From assembly GCA_040081625.1 (NCBI GenBank), contig JBEBGD010000121.1:1-16133 (forward strand): a stretch of DNA of 16,133 nucleotides, read 5' to 3'. Position numbers and translations under genes: made by a program. This document shows positions 14,414-16,133 of the stretch, piece by piece. Under the pieces are notes generated by a model. That model was not told the DNA's origin. It saw nothing but the letters and a program-made list of their open reading frames with translations, and made no database searches. Within the stretch, counting starts at the first letter, position 1; each line of letters starts with the position of its first letter. The DNA comes from Chthoniobacteraceae bacterium. Lineage in GTDB: Bacteria > Verrucomicrobiota > Verrucomicrobiia > Chthoniobacterales > Chthoniobacteraceae.

Positions 14414-15237
14414 AGGGGCCGGCAAAAATACTCCGCCAGTTCCAGTTCCTTAGCTTCGAGTCCGTCTAGTGTGAGCCACGCGTAGCCTTCAGACTCGATC
14501 AACGCGCGCACGTCCGCCGCGCTCGTCCCGGCGGGCAGCCACGCGGGGTGAAGAGCGAGGATGATCCTCGGCCGACATTCGCGCAGAACGCGGCGCGCGC
14601 CGAGCAGCACCTGCATTTCAGCGCCCTCGACGTCGATTTTGATGAAGTCCGGCCGCACGCCGCGCGCGGTGCAAAACGCATCGAGTGTCGTGCTTTCGAC
14701 CTCGATGGTGCGGGTTGGGGCGCCGAGTTCCCGGCCTTCGGCGAGCTGCGAGAAGGTCATCGAGTTGCTCGACGAGTCGCCGTCGTTGAGGAGGTGAAAG
14801 GGGATGCGGCGGCCCGGTTGATCGGCGACGAGCAGCGGGCAGGCCTCGGCATTTTTCGGCGCGTTCTTTCGGCAGTGGTAGTCGAGGTAGGGGAAGTTCG
14901 CGGGTGAGGGCTCGAAGCTGAAGACGCGTCCCCCGGAGCCCGCGAGCTTCGCCGCATAGATCGCGTGCAGACCCACGTAACCGCCGACATCGAGCACGGT
15001 GGCCCCGGGGCGGATCAGGTCGCGGAAGCGCTCGAGCACCGAGGTTTCGACATCGAGCGGATCGGTGAGAAAGCGCGGGTGCATCCACAGCCACTCACCG
15101 GCAATCTCGCGCCGCACGGCGGGGCACGATTCGATTGAGCGACGCGAATCGATCAGGAACCAGCGGATCAATCGCCGCACGCCACGGTGCATCCACGGCA
15201 CCCGCATCTTGAGGAATCTATTCAGGGAAGGCAGCAC
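14410..15237 (-). CDS. FkbM family SAM-dependent methyltransferase
   Basis: VLDVGGYVGLH, GRVFSFEPSP, TTLDAF, PDFIKIDVEGAEMQVLLGA. Start is GTG 15237 or ATG 15207. Confidence 0.92.
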   Translation of the reverse strand: MLPSLNRFLKMRVPWMHRGVRRLIRWFLIDSRRSIESCPAVRREIAGEWLWMHPRFLTDPLDVETSVLERFRDLIRPGATVLDVGGYVGLHAIYAAKLAGSGGRVFSFEPSPANFPYLDYHCRKNAPKNAEACPLLVADQPGRRIPFHLLNDGDSSSNSMTFSQLAEGRELGAPTRTIEVESTTLDAFCTARGVRPDFIKIDVEGAEMQVLLGARRVLRECRPRIILALHPAWLPAGTSAADVRALIESEGYAWLTLDGLEAKELELAEYFCRPL

Positions 15238-15264
15238 AACTGGAGGACCTTACCGCGACCTGGG

Positions 15265-15292
15265 ATTTCCGATCCAGCTTCTAATCGGAAAT
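15265..15292. promoter_or_regulatory. 9-10-9 perfect inverted repeat in a divergent promoter region, candidate operator
   Basis: ATTTCCGAT (15265-15273), spacer CCAGCTTCTA, ATCGGAAAT (15284-15292). Confidence 0.45.
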
Positions 15293-15385
15293 AATCTCCG
15301 GCGCAGCGCGACTCGGCTTCTCCCGGAAGATTCCGCTTAGCGATTGCGTCGTTGCCGGTTATCGCTCCTTGAATCACCCTCTCCG

Positions 15386-16133
15386 ATGTTCCGATCCTTC
15401 CTTTTTCTCCTCCTCGCCGTCAGCGTGCGCGCCGAAATCAACTGGCCGCAATTCCGCGGCCCGACCGGCGACGGCCACAGCGACGCGAAGAACCTTCCAG
15501 TCACCTTCAGTGAAACCGAGCGCGTGAAGTGGAAGACGCCGATCCACGGCAAGGCGTGGTCTTCACCGGTGATCTGGGGTGACCTGGTCTGGCTCACGAC
15601 CGCGAACGAGGAAGGCACCGAGTTGAGCGTCGTGTGCGTGGACAAGACGACGGGAAAAATCCTGCGCGATCAACTGCTCTTCAAAGTCACGAACCCGCAG
15701 TTCTGCCACAAGTTCAACAGCTACGCCTCGCCGACGCCGGCGATCGAGGAAGGCCGCATCTACGTCAGCTTCGGCTCACCCGGCATCGCGGCGCTCGACA
15801 CAAAGACCGGCAAGGTGCTGTGGGAGCGGCGCGACTTCGTGTGCAATCACTTCCGCGGTGCGGGAAGTTCGCCGGTCGTGTGGCAGGATCTGCTGATCAT
15901 GAATTTCGACGGCAGCGATTTTCAGTTCGTCGTCGCGCTCGACAAGGCGACCGGCAAGACGGTATGGAAGGTTGATCGCTCGGTCGATTACCAGGACCTC
16001 GGCCCCGACGGAAAACCCGTGGCCGAAGGCGACTGGCGCAAGGCGTTCAGCACGGCGCATGTCTTCGAGCAGGACGGCAAGGCGGTGCTGCTCTCGAGCG
16101 GCGCGAAAGCCCACTACGCCTACGATCCGCACA
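15386..16133 (+). CDS. Secreted PQQ-binding-like (BamB-like) beta-propeller protein, 3' partial; absent from the ORF track
   Basis: Manual translation: MFRSFLFLLLAVSVRA|EINWPQFRGPTGDGHS...VKWKTPIHGKAWSSPVIWGD...NSYASPTP...AALDTKTGKVLW...GAGSSPVV...VALDKATGKTVW. The frame stays open to the window end. Confidence 0.9.
   Translation, partial: MFRSFLFLLLAVSVRAEINWPQFRGPTGDGHSDAKNLPVTFSETERVKWKTPIHGKAWSSPVIWGDLVWLTTANEEGTELSVVCVDKTTGKILRDQLLFKVTNPQFCHKFNSYASPTPAIEEGRIYVSFGSPGIAALDTKTGKVLWERRDFVCNHFRGAGSSPVVWQDLLIMNFDGSDFQFVVALDKATGKTVWKVDRSVDYQDLGPDGKPVAEGDWRKAFSTAHVFEQDGKAVLLSSGAKAHYAYDPH

Noticed and set aside
15337..16132. Track ORFs 15337..15645 (-), 15634..15975 (+) and 15776..16132 (-)
   Set aside because: All are shadows of the beta-propeller gene starting at 15386, which the track omitted, presumably because it has no stop inside the window.

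Overview
GC-rich, densely coding bacterial DNA, probably from the PVC superphylum (Verrucomicrobia/Planctomycetes). That origin is inferred from a PVC-type CxxCH dehydrogenase-like protein and a secreted 'WPQFRGP' beta-propeller. Left to right: (1) a short type III pantothenate kinase-like fragment at the edge, possibly chimeric; (2) on the minus strand, a tightly coupled two-gene conflict/signalling module (degenerate SIR2 + TIR protein, then an nSTAND1-type NTPase ending in a TM helix and Pro-rich stub), preceded by an AraC regulator and a secreted tetraheme c-type cytochrome; (3) divergently, a di-heme-b-like membrane protein, a membrane-anchored decaheme cytochrome c, a lipoprotein and a PVC-type heme c/beta-propeller protein; (4) on the minus strand, in transcription order, an FkbM methyltransferase, a GT-A-like glycosyltransferase, a sugar epimerase/isomerase and a HAD hydrolase; (5) a partial PQQ-like beta-propeller gene that the ORF track misses. 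The best candidates for an undescribed system are the SIR2*-TIR/STAND-TM pair and the cytochrome b/decaheme/tetraheme transmembrane electron conduit. No RNA genes, CRISPR arrays or mobile elements were recognised. All calls come from reading motifs by eye; no searches were run.
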